64,000 bases of DNA from Amoebidium appalachense (GCA_963693365.1 CAVNZM010000001.1:18710783-18774782), one strand, 5' to 3'; numbered from the stretch's first letter, positions 1 to 16,912 are shown. Notes: generated from the sequence alone by a model not told the origin. Numbers and translations: made by a program.

Positions 1-234
1 CCCTCCCCCCCCCCCCTCCTCCTTCCCCCCCCTCCCCCTCCCCTCCCCCTCTCCCCCCCCCCCTTCCCCCCTCACTCCCCTCCATTCCTTCTGCCCTTGC
101 ACTTCCTCTTTTTGCCCCCCCGCCCCCCTCCCCCCCCCCCCCCTCCCTCCTCCCCAATACCACCTTTACTACCTCCCGGAGTCTCCCCCCTCCCCCTCTC
201 CCCCCTCCCCCCCCCCTCCCCCTCTTCTTCCTCA

Positions 235-6346
<6,112 letters not shown>

Positions 6347-7561
6347 GTTTCTTCGTGGTGTTTCTATTCATAGAAATCTGAAGAAGATGGAAGATAAAAG
6401 AGCTATGATCAGGTGGATCTATGAGTTAGGAGGCTATACGTACATGGATGGTTGAAAAGATTACGACTCCGCGGGTGTGCCATCACATCCATCAGTCACA
6501 CGATCTATTGTTTGTAGTTCTCTGAGTCGTGGATCTAGTTTTAGGGATTCAATGGCCTCATGTCTGAGTAGCCAGGGGGTGCACTTGGTGCTTTGTGTGT
6601 GTGTGTGCGCGCGCGCGCGTGCGCACGCACACACGATCGTGCATGCATGCATGAACAGGTGTTTCCTGTTTATTTGCGTGTTAGCTCCGTCTTTCGTTGC
6701 TTTCCGGTTACTCCCTGCAATGTTTTTTTTGTTTGTTTGTTTGTTTGTTTTTCTTTTTTCTTTTTCTTTTTTCTTTTTTCTTTTTCTTTTTTTTTTGAGG
6801 GGGGGTGGGGGGAAAGGGAGAGTGTTGATTTTTTTATTTTTTTTTTTTGGGGGGGGGGGGGAGGGGGGGGGAGGGGGAGGGAGGGGGAGGGAGGGTAGCA
6901 ATTTGGTTAGGCACTTATTTACTCGTACTGTAAATACTGTAAAGGAATGAATGGATTATTGATGTAGCCGGTATTATAACGTAAACATTTTAACTTCTAT
7001 ACATATGCTACTGATATTTGTACATGTACATAACTGAAGGGTGTTTGGCAAGGTTGTGCTGTGTAAATATTTAATTTTCCGATAAAAAGGTGTCCACACC
7101 TGGAGCCTGGAAATAAATGTACCATAACATTGGAGAGTGTACACGTAGGAGTGGCAGTTGCTGCAATGGTTTGTTATGACTCGTGCAAGTGTCATGTTGT
7201 TCATGTATCAGATGCCGGATATTGCAGCATCTCGGCAGATATTATCGAGGGTAGGTTTTGTACTTCAGTGTGCGCATCATCTTTCTAGTCCATGCCGCCA
7301 CTGGGCACGCTTGTGGAGCTGGCATGCGCATTCATGTGCCCTTTTACAATATCACTTAAGTTAATAATGTATTCCGTCCGGTGTTCCGGGAAATTGTCAC
7401 AGCATCAGTCTAACTTAGTGCACGGCCCATAATGGGATTGGATGTTGTGTATTGATTAAATATAGTACCCGAGAGAACTACCGCATGTCCTGAATATAAG
7501 AATCTTTGGGGGTTTACGCTGTTTACTACGGTCAGGGAAATAATTTACAGGCGTTACACAC

Positions 7562-7593
<32 letters not shown>

Positions 7594-8550
7594 GCACACG
7601 CACAACTACACCATTCAACACTGCATAACTAAGTTTTGCAGGTCCTCAGCTGAGCATGCAAGTGCATAATGTCATTATCACGGTCCACAACCGTAATACG
7701 GCATGACCCAATCGACATTGCCGGGCTCCTACTAGACTGAACGTATATCAGGCACACACATGAAACTTACAAGAAAGTAACGCTTTGAGCATTTAGCTAC
7801 GAACGGCTCAGACTCCTCGCGGCACCGCAATCATACACGTGTGTCTACAAAAGAAACTTTGTGCCGTGACACTCATGACTTCAAAATATAATAGATACAC
7901 AGCAGGGATATGTACAGCGACAGCAGATTGAATACTCAGTGCTCCAGAAAACACCGTTAATATTAATGAAGTGACACCACGCATGATAAATGCATAGTTA
8001 TAAGCCATTGAATAAAATTCAGCGATGCCTTAGGATTTTTTATATAAAAAAAGCGATTTTAGGGAACTGGCTGTATACGTATACACGTGGTGTACAGCAA
8101 ACATGATGCATCGCCTGCAAACCAAGGCTGTGTTGCATACAGAATATAAAAGGAAGCACATTCAAATCATGAAACTCTATGTGAGAAGAAAAGTTTCGAC
8201 ACGTGAAATCTTACCTACATACACCGATATTTCATGATACATGTACAGTGCCATAGTTTAAAGCATGCTAATTTTTCTGTTTTTAATCGAAAAGTCGTGG
8301 GAGCTAGACTCCGAGTTATCCTCTCACTCAGACTGACATACGTATAAACTAAGGCTATGCATTCCCGGCATTACCATGCATGTCAACATCGAAATCATAC
8401 AACTAAGCACAATGCAGTTGCAAGTGTATGTATTCGTGAACGTGACACTAGCAATACTGTGCCACGGAGTATAAAAACCATCAAGTTATTACAGCCAAAA
8501 AGGCAAAAACACAAATTTTACTACTTTCCCCAGAAAAAATCCTCAAGAAG

Positions 8551-9093
8551 CTACCGCACCGCCTGCCTTTGTTGAACCCTTGGGCCGGCCCGGGGGCTAG
8601 CAGTTGTCTCATCCACCTCCTGAACGGCCAGGGAGGGGTGGAGGAGGGGTGCACGGTCAACAACAGTAGCGAGCGCGTCCATTTGCTCGAAATATTCTTC
8701 ATAAAGACGTATGTCGGGCGATTGTACGGGGGATTCCTTCTTTGGACGCACACGCTCGTGCGAGCATTTGTACTCGCACCCAGGCGCGTGTGCGCGTGCT
8801 TCAGGTAGGGAGTGGCGACGGCGCAGCCTGTTGTAATTCACGTGTTGTTCTGTCGAGTCTGACTCGTTGGTAGTGGTGGAAACGGAAGAATCCTCTGCAA
8901 TGGAAGGAAATTTCTCTGTTGTGTCTGTGGCAAACAGACACCCAGTGTGTGGTGTGTGTGCACCGTATGTGTGGTTTCCCAGGGTCATGGAGCGTGTGTG
9001 ACGGAGACCGGTGGGTTCAGAGTGACGGCGAGGGTGAACCTCATTGTCAAGACACGGGATGGGCAGTGCGTCTGTAGCTACCTCGTCTGCCAT
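8551..9093 (-). CDS. Hypothetical ~180-aa protein with a single coding exon, probably disordered
   Basis: ATG at 9093 (MADEVATDALPIPC...) open to TAG at 8551. Non-repetitive sequence with RRHSEP and RRRHSLP motifs. No family recognised. Confidence 0.6.
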   Translation of the reverse strand: MADEVATDALPIPCLDNEVHPRRHSEPTGLRHTRSMTLGNHTYGAHTPHTGCLFATDTTEKFPSIAEDSSVSTTTNESDSTEQHVNYNRLRRRHSLPEARAHAPGCEYKCSHERVRPKKESPVQSPDIRLYEEYFEQMDALATVVDRAPLLHPSLAVQEVDETTASPRAGPRVQQRQAVR

Positions 9094-10034
9094 GTTGGTG
9101 TCGTGCTTTAGAATCACGTCCTAGAGACTGGGTATGTAGTGGTGCTATAACGGAAGTTATGATATGATGGTTTTCGGTAAATGAAAGCTAGTAGTAGAGG
9201 GTTTATTTAGGTGAAGATGGAAAGAGGGCGGGCGCATTTGAAACGTGTGCCTGAAAAAAAGTAAGCACCCCGCAAACGTGTATGGCTGATAACTGCACGC
9301 ACTTTGGTGAATCATTGCCTGCAAAAACGAACATCGATGGAGAGAAAACTGAGAAAACAGCAATACTCCTCTCGCATAAAACCGTGCGGCTTCAAGAACA
9401 CGACAACATTCGTCGTTTTGATACGTTTTCACGCGCTTTCGTTTTTCACTTGCGCGTTTACCTGCTGATGATGGTCGTTTAAATGACGCAGCTCTGCGCA
9501 TGCACCGAGGTGAAAAGGTGCTGAATGAGGGCCGGCTAAACACGCGCTGGCACCGAGATTCGAATGCCACTGATCTTGCGTGACTCGCAACTTCCAGTAC
9601 TTGTGACGTAACCGCCAAAACCAGATAATGGGGAGTTTTGTTTCATTCTTCTGAATGGATAATCAAAATATGTTTGGCTCTTGTAACAATTTAAATATAA
9701 AAGAATATCACGCGGCTCAGTTAGATCACGATTATCTAATCAATATAAAGGAACGTAAAGCCAGTCAGCATTTCACACATTTAACCTTTTTTGGCAAGCC
9801 TGCGCAGTTTAGAAATTCCACCAGCGTCGGCATGTTGCTGATATCCGCGGCCGGTCAGGCGGAATCGAAACACCACTATCATAACCATATGTACGTGAGA
9901 CGTTTTCTCGAAGACGGAGGAGCTTATCAGTGGTGGTGGTGGTGGTGGTGGTGACCGGTGGCGGTGTGTGTGCGTGTGTGCGTGTGTGCGTGTGTGCGTG
10001 TGTGCGTGTGTGCGTGTCGCGTGCGCGCGTGCGC

Positions 10035-10105
<71 letters not shown>

Positions 10106-10301
10106 TGTGTGCGTGCGTGTGTGTGTGTGTGTGTGTGTGTGTACATTTGTGTGTGCGAGTGTGTGCTTGTGTGCGTGTGTGCCTGTGTACGTGTGTGCCT
10201 GTGCGTGTACGTGTGTGTGGTGGTGCACGTACGTGGTGGTGGTAGTGGTACGTGGTGGTGGTGGTCATGGCCGGTGATGGTGGTGGTGGACCTGGTGGTG
10301 G

Positions 10302-10339
<38 letters not shown>

Positions 10340-10377
10340 GGGGGAGGGGGGGGGGGGGGGAGGGGGGGGGGGGGGGG

Positions 10378-10682
10378 TGTCGAACAGGATAGCCATCCGG
10401 TATGCCCTGCGTTAGCGTAGCACTAGTGATCGGGAATATTCGAGATATTCGGGATAAACTGGTGGATAGGTTCACGATAGATCAGGATAGATCTAGAAGA
10501 GTCTAGAAGATTCTATTGGAGTGTTTTGATTGGTAGCGACTAGATCCATAGCGGCGGGTAGACCAATCGGGAATAGTATGTAACATTCCAGTTAGCCAGA
10601 CCACAAGTATATAAAGGTCCCGGTGGGCCAGTCAATGCAAGTCAGCAAATAATAAAGTCTCACAGAGAAACCTCTAAGTTAC
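10378..10682 (+). repeat. 5' LTR
   Basis: Starts TGTCGAAC and ends ...AAGTTAC. CCAAT at 10563, TATATAAA at 10608, AATAAA at ~10651. Differs from the 3' LTR only by T/C at 10514/13777 and the missing terminal A. Confidence 0.97.
10428..10514. promoter_or_regulatory. Heat-shock-element-like pentamer arrays in LTR U3 (repeated at 13691-13777)
   Basis: gATCg-gGAAt-aTTCg-aGATa (10428-10447) and nine in-phase alternating pentamers gTTCa cGATa gATCa gGATa gATCt aGAAg aGTCt aGAAg aTTCt (10470-10514). Confidence 0.55.
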
Positions 10683-10696
10683 GGTTATGGGCCCAG
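10683..10696 (+). other. Primer-binding site complementary to the anticodon region of initiator tRNA-Met (half-tRNA priming)
   Basis: GGTTATGGGCCCAG directly after the LTR is the PBS known from Drosophila copia and related hemiviruses. Confidence 0.9.
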
Positions 10697-10730
10697 TGCA
10701 ACGCTACGATCAAGCGACTGTTGAGACAAG

Positions 10731-13400
10731 ATGGGAAGAGCAAAATGTCCAGTTCCCATGTATGAAGGAGAAGGCAAGGGCAAAATCTCCTACTCAATGT
10801 GGGCCATGCGCATGAAGTGCTTCCTCGAGGGCGAGGAATTATGGTACACGATTGAAGACGTGGCTCCTGAAGTGATAGGAGAGGACGGCGAACTGGTGGA
10901 GCAACCTCCGGTGGAGATCGACCCCTTGGACCAGAAGAAGGCGACTTCCTACCTGGTGGAGACACTAGGTGATGTACCTGCAAGCCTGTGTCGGCGAGCT
11001 ATTGCCGTAGGAAATCCCAAGGACATATGGGATACGGTAGCATCATACGCTGCGCGCAACACAGATGAGCACAAGAGAATGTTGATTCAACAGTTCTGGC
11101 GTGCTGATATGATCCCGACGGAAAGCGTGCTGGAGTATGCGGCCCGTCTGGAGTGCATTGTGCAGGATCTTCTTCATATCGACCCCAATGGAGTTAGTGA
11201 GGACATGGTTGCCGAGAAATTCCTGGACGGTGTAGGCGCTGACGACCGATTCCGCACCGACGTTAGGACCATTCAAGCTTTACCAGCAGCTGAGAAGACA
11301 ATGGAAAAGATAATCGCCAAGCTGCGTGGTTTTGAGGAGAACGAGGCTGCAAGGGAACAGCAGCGGGTGATGATGACCAGCACCCAATGGCGCGGCCGTA
11401 CGCCACGACAGGACACCGGCAAGCCGCGCGTGACTGACATATCCAAGGTGGAGTGTTACAAATGTCACAAGTTTGGGCACTACAAGTCACAGTGTCCAAA
11501 GAAGAAGAAGGGCGGCAATCGCGGCGACAAGGCGAAGCAGAACGGAGCTTCCAAGGAGATACTCGCCATGGCGGTAAACAGCGGACTCCCTTCTTCAACT
11601 GAGTGGTATTGGGACTGCGGCGCAACCTCCCATGTCACATGCCGAAAGGACTGGATGGAAGACTTCCGGTCGATCACACCCAAACCCGTCGCTCTGGGTA
11701 ACACCCCGGGTGTGATGGCGCTAGGAATAGGCGTCGTAAGATTAACAAGTGAGTTCCAGGGCAACAGCATGACATTTAGACTGCAGAATGTGCTGTACGT
11801 GCCAGCATTTGGAACTAACGTGATGTCGGCTTCAAGCGCCGGCAAGCACGGGTTAAGAGGCATCACCGACGGTCGACAGTGTACGATTGAGAGTGCCACA
11901 GATGGCCAAGTTGTGGCCCGTGGGGTAGTGGAGGGAGGCCTGTATCGTCTCCTAGTGAAACCCGTATGTGAGAGCGTGAACATGGTGACCACTGCAGTCG
12001 GCAGCAGTGGGGGTAACACCGTGTGTGAGCCGGTAAAGGGCAGCGCCAGTTTATGGCACCGGCGGTTTGGTCATGTGGCAACAAACACGCTACAGAAAAT
12101 GGCTAAAGAAAACATCGTCGAGGGTCTGTGCATCGACTGCAAACCCCAGGATGACGGTGTGTGCGAGGGATGCGCGAGAGGGAAGCAAGCCCGGCTCTCT
12201 TTCAGTAAGCTACCCCGCAAGACAGCGCCAGCGAAGCTCGACAGAGTTCATTCTGATGTGGCAGGACCGTTCAACAAGGAGTCGCTGCAAGGTTCCAAGT
12301 ATTATGTCACCTTCATCGACGACAAGACAAGGTTCACTACGGTGTACTTCATGAAACATAAATCCCAAGTGCATACTTACTTCAAGAAGTACAAGGCACA
12401 CGTAGAGAAGCAACACGGTGCCAGCATCAAGATTCTGCGTTCCGACAACGGGGGTGAGTACACCTCCACTGAGTTCAAGTCGTTCCTGGAAGCGTGCGGC
12501 ATTGAACATGAGGCGACAGTCCCTTACACACCAGAGCAGAATGGTGTAGCAGAGAGGGCTAACAGGACCATTGTCGAGACGGCGCGCTGCATGCTGCAGT
12601 CAGCAGGCATGAGTATGGGGTTCTGGCAGCTGGCAGTACAGGCAGCTGTGTACATCAAGAACCTGACGCCAACCACAGTACTGGGTGGCATGACACCTTG
12701 GGAGGCATGGTATGGAGAGAAGCCCGATGTTAGCCATCTACGTGTATTTGGTAGCAAGGCATTTGTCCATGTGCCGAAGGACGAGCGCAGGAAGCTAGAC
12801 GCCAAGAGTCGGGAGTGTAAATTCGTCGGCTACACAGGTGACAGCAAGACGTACTTGTTGTGGGACACCGAGGCGCGCAAGACTATCGTCGGGCGAGATA
12901 TGGTGATCGATGAATCATGCACCCCAAAGGCCGGTATTCCGGTGGTGCAAGATGAGCCAATGGAATTGCTGATGCATAAGCCAATCGGAAATCAGCAGAG
13001 CATGGAATCGAGGAATCCAATCAGCGTCAAGAAGCAACATTCCTTTCGGAAGCCTGCAATCGGCACTGACAGTGGATATGATTCAGATGCTATCGGCGAC
13101 GGCGCGGGCGAGGACAGCGGCGATTCGGACGCGGCAGGGTCAGGAGACGAGGAAGATAGTGCAGAGTTGCAGGTTGCAACCAGAAGTGCCTATCCGTCTA
13201 TGACTACAAGGCGCGGTGGGACCTACGGCATCAACGCAGGTGTAGTAGAGTACCGCGACAGTATCAGCATGGCAATTGAGAGTGCTGATAGCAACGAGGA
13301 TGGCCCTGTGACACTGGAAGAAGCAATCTCCAGGCCAGCATCAAACACATCGACGTTCAGTACCACTACACCCGTGAGTGTGTGGAGAATGGGGATGTAG
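10731..13400 (+). CDS. Copia Gag-protease-integrase polyprotein, truncated before RT
   Basis: CCHC knuckle CYKCHKFGHYKSQC, protease WYWDCGATSH, HHCC LWHRRFGH...CEGC, integrase VHSDVAGP / LRSDNGGEY / PEQNGVAER. Homology stops at PVTLEEAISRP. No YVDD. Confidence 0.95.
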   Translation: MGRAKCPVPMYEGEGKGKISYSMWAMRMKCFLEGEELWYTIEDVAPEVIGEDGELVEQPPVEIDPLDQKKATSYLVETLGDVPASLCRRAIAVGNPKDIWDTVASYAARNTDEHKRMLIQQFWRADMIPTESVLEYAARLECIVQDLLHIDPNGVSEDMVAEKFLDGVGADDRFRTDVRTIQALPAAEKTMEKIIAKLRGFEENEAAREQQRVMMTSTQWRGRTPRQDTGKPRVTDISKVECYKCHKFGHYKSQCPKKKKGGNRGDKAKQNGASKEILAMAVNSGLPSSTEWYWDCGATSHVTCRKDWMEDFRSITPKPVALGNTPGVMALGIGVVRLTSEFQGNSMTFRLQNVLYVPAFGTNVMSASSAGKHGLRGITDGRQCTIESATDGQVVARGVVEGGLYRLLVKPVCESVNMVTTAVGSSGGNTVCEPVKGSASLWHRRFGHVATNTLQKMAKENIVEGLCIDCKPQDDGVCEGCARGKQARLSFSKLPRKTAPAKLDRVHSDVAGPFNKESLQGSKYYVTFIDDKTRFTTVYFMKHKSQVHTYFKKYKAHVEKQHGASIKILRSDNGGEYTSTEFKSFLEACGIEHEATVPYTPEQNGVAERANRTIVETARCMLQSAGMSMGFWQLAVQAAVYIKNLTPTTVLGGMTPWEAWYGEKPDVSHLRVFGSKAFVHVPKDERRKLDAKSRECKFVGYTGDSKTYLLWDTEARKTIVGRDMVIDESCTPKAGIPVVQDEPMELLMHKPIGNQQSMESRNPISVKKQHSFRKPAIGTDSGYDSDAIGDGAGEDSGDSDAAGSGDEEDSAELQVATRSAYPSMTTRRGGTYGINAGVVEYRDSISMAIESADSNEDGPVTLEEAISRPASNTSTFSTTTPVSVWRMGM

Positions 13401-13507
13401 AACTTGTGTATTGCAGCACGAACAGTAACGTGGCCGACATGTGCACCAAAGCTTTAGGGAGACTTAAGTTGGTGCAGCATCGGCAGGCCATCGGCATGGC
13501 TGAGTAA
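13340..13507 (+). pseudogene. Out-of-frame C-terminal RNase H remnant of copia Pol
   Basis: IKHIDVQYHYTRECVENGDVELVYCSTNSNVADMCTKAL...* matches the conserved copia KHID...ADxxTK tail. Confidence 0.92.
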
Positions 13508-13630
13508 GAACTACAATTAGTGTAGTGTTAATGTTCGTGTAGTAGGTGTTATATGTGTTAGTATAGTAGCATAGTTTTAGAGTTGCATCTTAGGTTTAGG
13601 TTGCATGCGGTACATAGATAGAACACAGTG

Positions 13631-13640
13631 CAAGTGGGGG
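13631..13640 (+). other. Polypurine tract
   Basis: CAAGTGGGGG immediately precedes the 3' LTR. Confidence 0.8.
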
Positions 13641-13946
13641 TGTCGAACAGGATAGCCATCCGGTATGCCCTGCGTTAGCGTAGCACTAGTGATCGGGAAT
13701 ATTCGAGATATTCGGGATAAACTGGTGGATAGGTTCACGATAGATCAGGATAGATCTAGAAGAGTCTAGAAGATTCCATTGGAGTGTTTTGATTGGTAGC
13801 GACTAGATCCATAGCGGCGGGTAGACCAATCGGGAATAGTATGTAACATTCCAGTTAGCCAGACCACAAGTATATAAAGGTCCCGGTGGGCCAGTCAATG
13901 CAAGTCAGCAAATAATAAAGTCTCACAGAGAAACCTCTAAGTTACA
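13641..13946 (+). repeat. 3' LTR (306 bp, TG...CA)
   Basis: Direct repeat of 10378-10682 ending GTTACA, followed by G13. Confidence 0.97.
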
Positions 13947-14954
13947 GGGGGGGGGGGGGAGTGAAGGCAATTGTGCGCTATGTAGTCTGTCACGGGCGCC
14001 GCACTAAGGAGACCGTGAAAATTTGACTCGAACAGGCTGTCACACAGGCTACTCGAAAGAAAACGTGTATCGGGTGAGTGGCTGTACAGTAAAAAAGGGC
14101 AGAATTCTAGCATGCACAATTGCGGTGTACGCACACAAACACTTGTCACCACAAATAAATAATGATCACATGGCACTGTATGTGTTCAAAACAGTGTGCG
14201 CAATTGTTGACTTTCTGAGCAATTTTCCAGCTTTGATATTGATAGTTCGTGTATTATGACAGGCATGAACCAACAACACGCACGCTTCAAGTTCCGTCCC
14301 ACATGCAACCAAGCTCTCCCTCTACCGTACAGCTGCAGACACTGGTGAAAAAGTGTGCATGTGGGTTCATCCCGCCCAAATCTAGCATCCAATGATATCT
14401 GGTTTAACGGGGGCCGGGCTCAAAACTTGTATGCAAACTTGTATGCGGGTGAATTGGAAAAGGATGCGAGATAGCTATGGCACCAAGAACTTCTTCTTCT
14501 GAGGAGACCCACCCATATATGGATCTGAGCAGTCGACATTTGTTTATGGAAAGCTTTATTATATATTTTTTGGCTCTCAATAACTTTTAACACTGCCTAG
14601 CTATACATCATGTTGAGACGACGATACATAACCGTATATGTTCTGTCCCCTATTGTGAAACCGTGACAGCTGCATTGCTGTAAAGTATTGAACAGCATTT
14701 ACACAGGTAGTACACAAAATACATTTAGGCACGGTGATGCCTTATGCAAATAACATAAGTTCAACCAGAAGAACAATATCGATAACTTCTCAAATAGGCA
14801 CTATGCATGTACATGCAGAAGAAATAAAATAAGAAATAATAGTTGTATGGAAAGGTGATGACCCTTGCCACATGGAACAGATAAAAACATTGTTAACCAC
14901 ACCAAAATTAAACAGCGTCTGTTTTAAGCACACTGTCAACTAATACTCCATAAT

Positions 14955-15554
14955 TCAAACAGTTGAAGTATGGGCCTTGGTCTGGGTGCCGGCAGTCTCA
15001 GCAGCAGCAGGCTTTGCGCCCTCCCCGATGACCTTCATGCTCTCGGGTGCAGTGTCGGGGCCAGCAATAGAAATCTGCACGGGACTCTTCTTGACGGGCT
15101 CGGGCTTGGTCAGCTTCACACGCAGAACACCGTCTTCGTAGTGGGCCGTGATGGGCGCTCCGGTGAGCTCGGGTGGGAGCTCTAGGGACTGTTGGAACTC
15201 ACGCCGGTCGTAGAATTGCTCCCCCTCCCCTGCCTGGGCCCCCTGAGCACCCCCCTCAGCTGCTTTCCTCTGCTCTTGCAGCCCACGGATAATCAGACGG
15301 CTCCCATCCAACTCAACAGCCAAATTCTCCTTCTTAAACCCTGGGGTCTCGGCCTCAACGAAAATGTCTTTGTCGCTCTCACGAACGTGGAAGAGGGGCT
15401 GGCGCTGGGCAAATGCTTGGGCTAAGGGGGAGGCGGTGGGGAAGCCTGACATCAAGTTCTGGCCATAGAGGGAGGGGGCAAAGGCACGAGCAAAGTCGCG
15501 CTCAATGATGGAAAGCTCGTTGAGGAATGGACGGATGGTGCGGCTGATAGACAT
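14955..15554 (-). CDS. Small heat-shock protein (HSP20/alpha-crystallin family), intronless, 199 aa
   Basis: Alpha-crystallin domain: VRESDKDIFVEAETPGFKKENLAVELDGSRLIIRG...RREFQQSLELP...ITAHYEDGVLRVKLTK, followed by the IxI-type motif VQISI. Confidence 0.93.
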   Translation of the reverse strand: MSISRTIRPFLNELSIIERDFARAFAPSLYGQNLMSGFPTASPLAQAFAQRQPLFHVRESDKDIFVEAETPGFKKENLAVELDGSRLIIRGLQEQRKAAEGGAQGAQAGEGEQFYDRREFQQSLELPPELTGAPITAHYEDGVLRVKLTKPEPVKKSPVQISIAGPDTAPESMKVIGEGAKPAAAETAGTQTKAHTSTV

Positions 15555-15696
15555 GGTGAATTGAAAAACTACACAGAAAGTTGATTGATTCGACAGTTAT
15601 CTGTGACAGGATCAGAGAGCGCGTCGAAAACAAACACCGTCGGAAGTAATGTATAAGTCAAATGGAAACTGATGTAGGGACACACAGGTGACCTCC

Positions 15697-15892
15697 TTTA
15701 TATACCCGTGGGACGTGTGGCTCACAAATTCGGGGAATCGGGAATCAGTACACGACCAATCACAAGCGTCCAAAATAAGCTCAAAATCTGTACATGATAT
15801 TGCACAAATGAAATACTAATTTTACATTGAATACCAGTAAAAATACGCGTTCTGGTTGCTTCGTAGCCATTCTTGGTTATTCGCGATTTTTC
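15697..15892 (-). promoter_or_regulatory. HSP20 promoter: TATA box, CCAAT box and step-type HSE
   Basis: TATATAAA on the minus strand at 15697-15704, CCAAT at ~15756, and TTC at 15850, 15860, 15870, 15880 and 15890 (exact 10-bp spacing). Confidence 0.6.
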
Positions 15893-16060
15893 AGCCTAAA
15901 CGCGAAATGTCGCTTCGACATTGTGACAGCATTTGTGACCGAACATAGGGCCAGATGCGACGCCAAGCGTCACATGAAGGCCCATGACGCCTTTGGCAGA
16001 TGGATGACAGTTTTTGCCCTCGCGAGGCTAGCGTTTAGGGCCCTCCCTGCCTGGTGAGCT

Positions 16061-16299
16061 GGTGATATATGTAGTTATTTTATTTTATTTTATCCCGTTT
16101 TGTTCCCGGAGGGACCTAAGCTTGGGCCCTCATGATCAGGGGAACTACCGTCTTCCACCCAGCACCGACAGTACTCTAGCTAGGATGCTACGGTATTATT
16201 AGCTAAGCTAACACACCTTTAAACAATCCTAACTATTTGCACACACTTTGGCCAGGGTATTTCCCCCAGCCACGTGCACGCCGGTGATATATGTAGTTA
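16061..16299 (-). mobile_element. Short retroposed insertion (5'-truncated LINE or SINE) with 17-bp TSD
   Basis: GGTGATATATGTAGTTA at 16061-16077 and 16283-16299. The insert begins TTTTATTTTATTTTAT, which is an (ATAAA)n 3' tail on the minus strand. Confidence 0.75.
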
Positions 16300-16619
16300 C
16301 AACGTCAATTGCAGCGCGATAGCGAGGGCGCTGAACTGTACAAAACCTTTCCACGTACGCGTCCGTCTCTCTCTCAGTCTCTCTATCTGCTTCTCTCTCT
16401 CTCTCTCTCGGCCTCAACCTCCCCCCGATTTCTGAATAATAATTGTGGTAGTTCCTCTCTTCTCTCTTTCCCTCTCTCCTCTGTCTCTCTCCCTACTATG
16501 TACCTTCCTCTAGATCTCTCCCTCTCCCCTCCCCCCCCACCCACCCACCTCCCCTCCCCCCCCCTCTCCCTCTCCCTCTCCCTCTCCCTCTTCCCCCCCC
16601 CCTCTCTGTCCCCCCCCCT

Positions 16620-16912
<293 letters not shown>

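Larger units (their letters stand above)
10378..13946 (+). mobile_element. Ty1/Copia LTR retrotransposon, internally deleted (no RT), very recent
   Basis: Two near-identical LTRs, PBS, PPT, a gag-PR-IN ORF in copia order and an RNase H tail remnant. Poly-G flanks both sides, consistent with a GGGGG TSD. Confidence 0.97.

Noticed and set aside
6974-7364. Short ORFs in non-repetitive intergenic DNA
   Set aside because: They are under 80 aa, with no recognisable motif or splice-compatible partner exons.
11043-12805. Antisense and alternate-frame ORFs within the copia ORF
   Set aside because: They are shadows of a GC-balanced coding sequence and carry no motifs.
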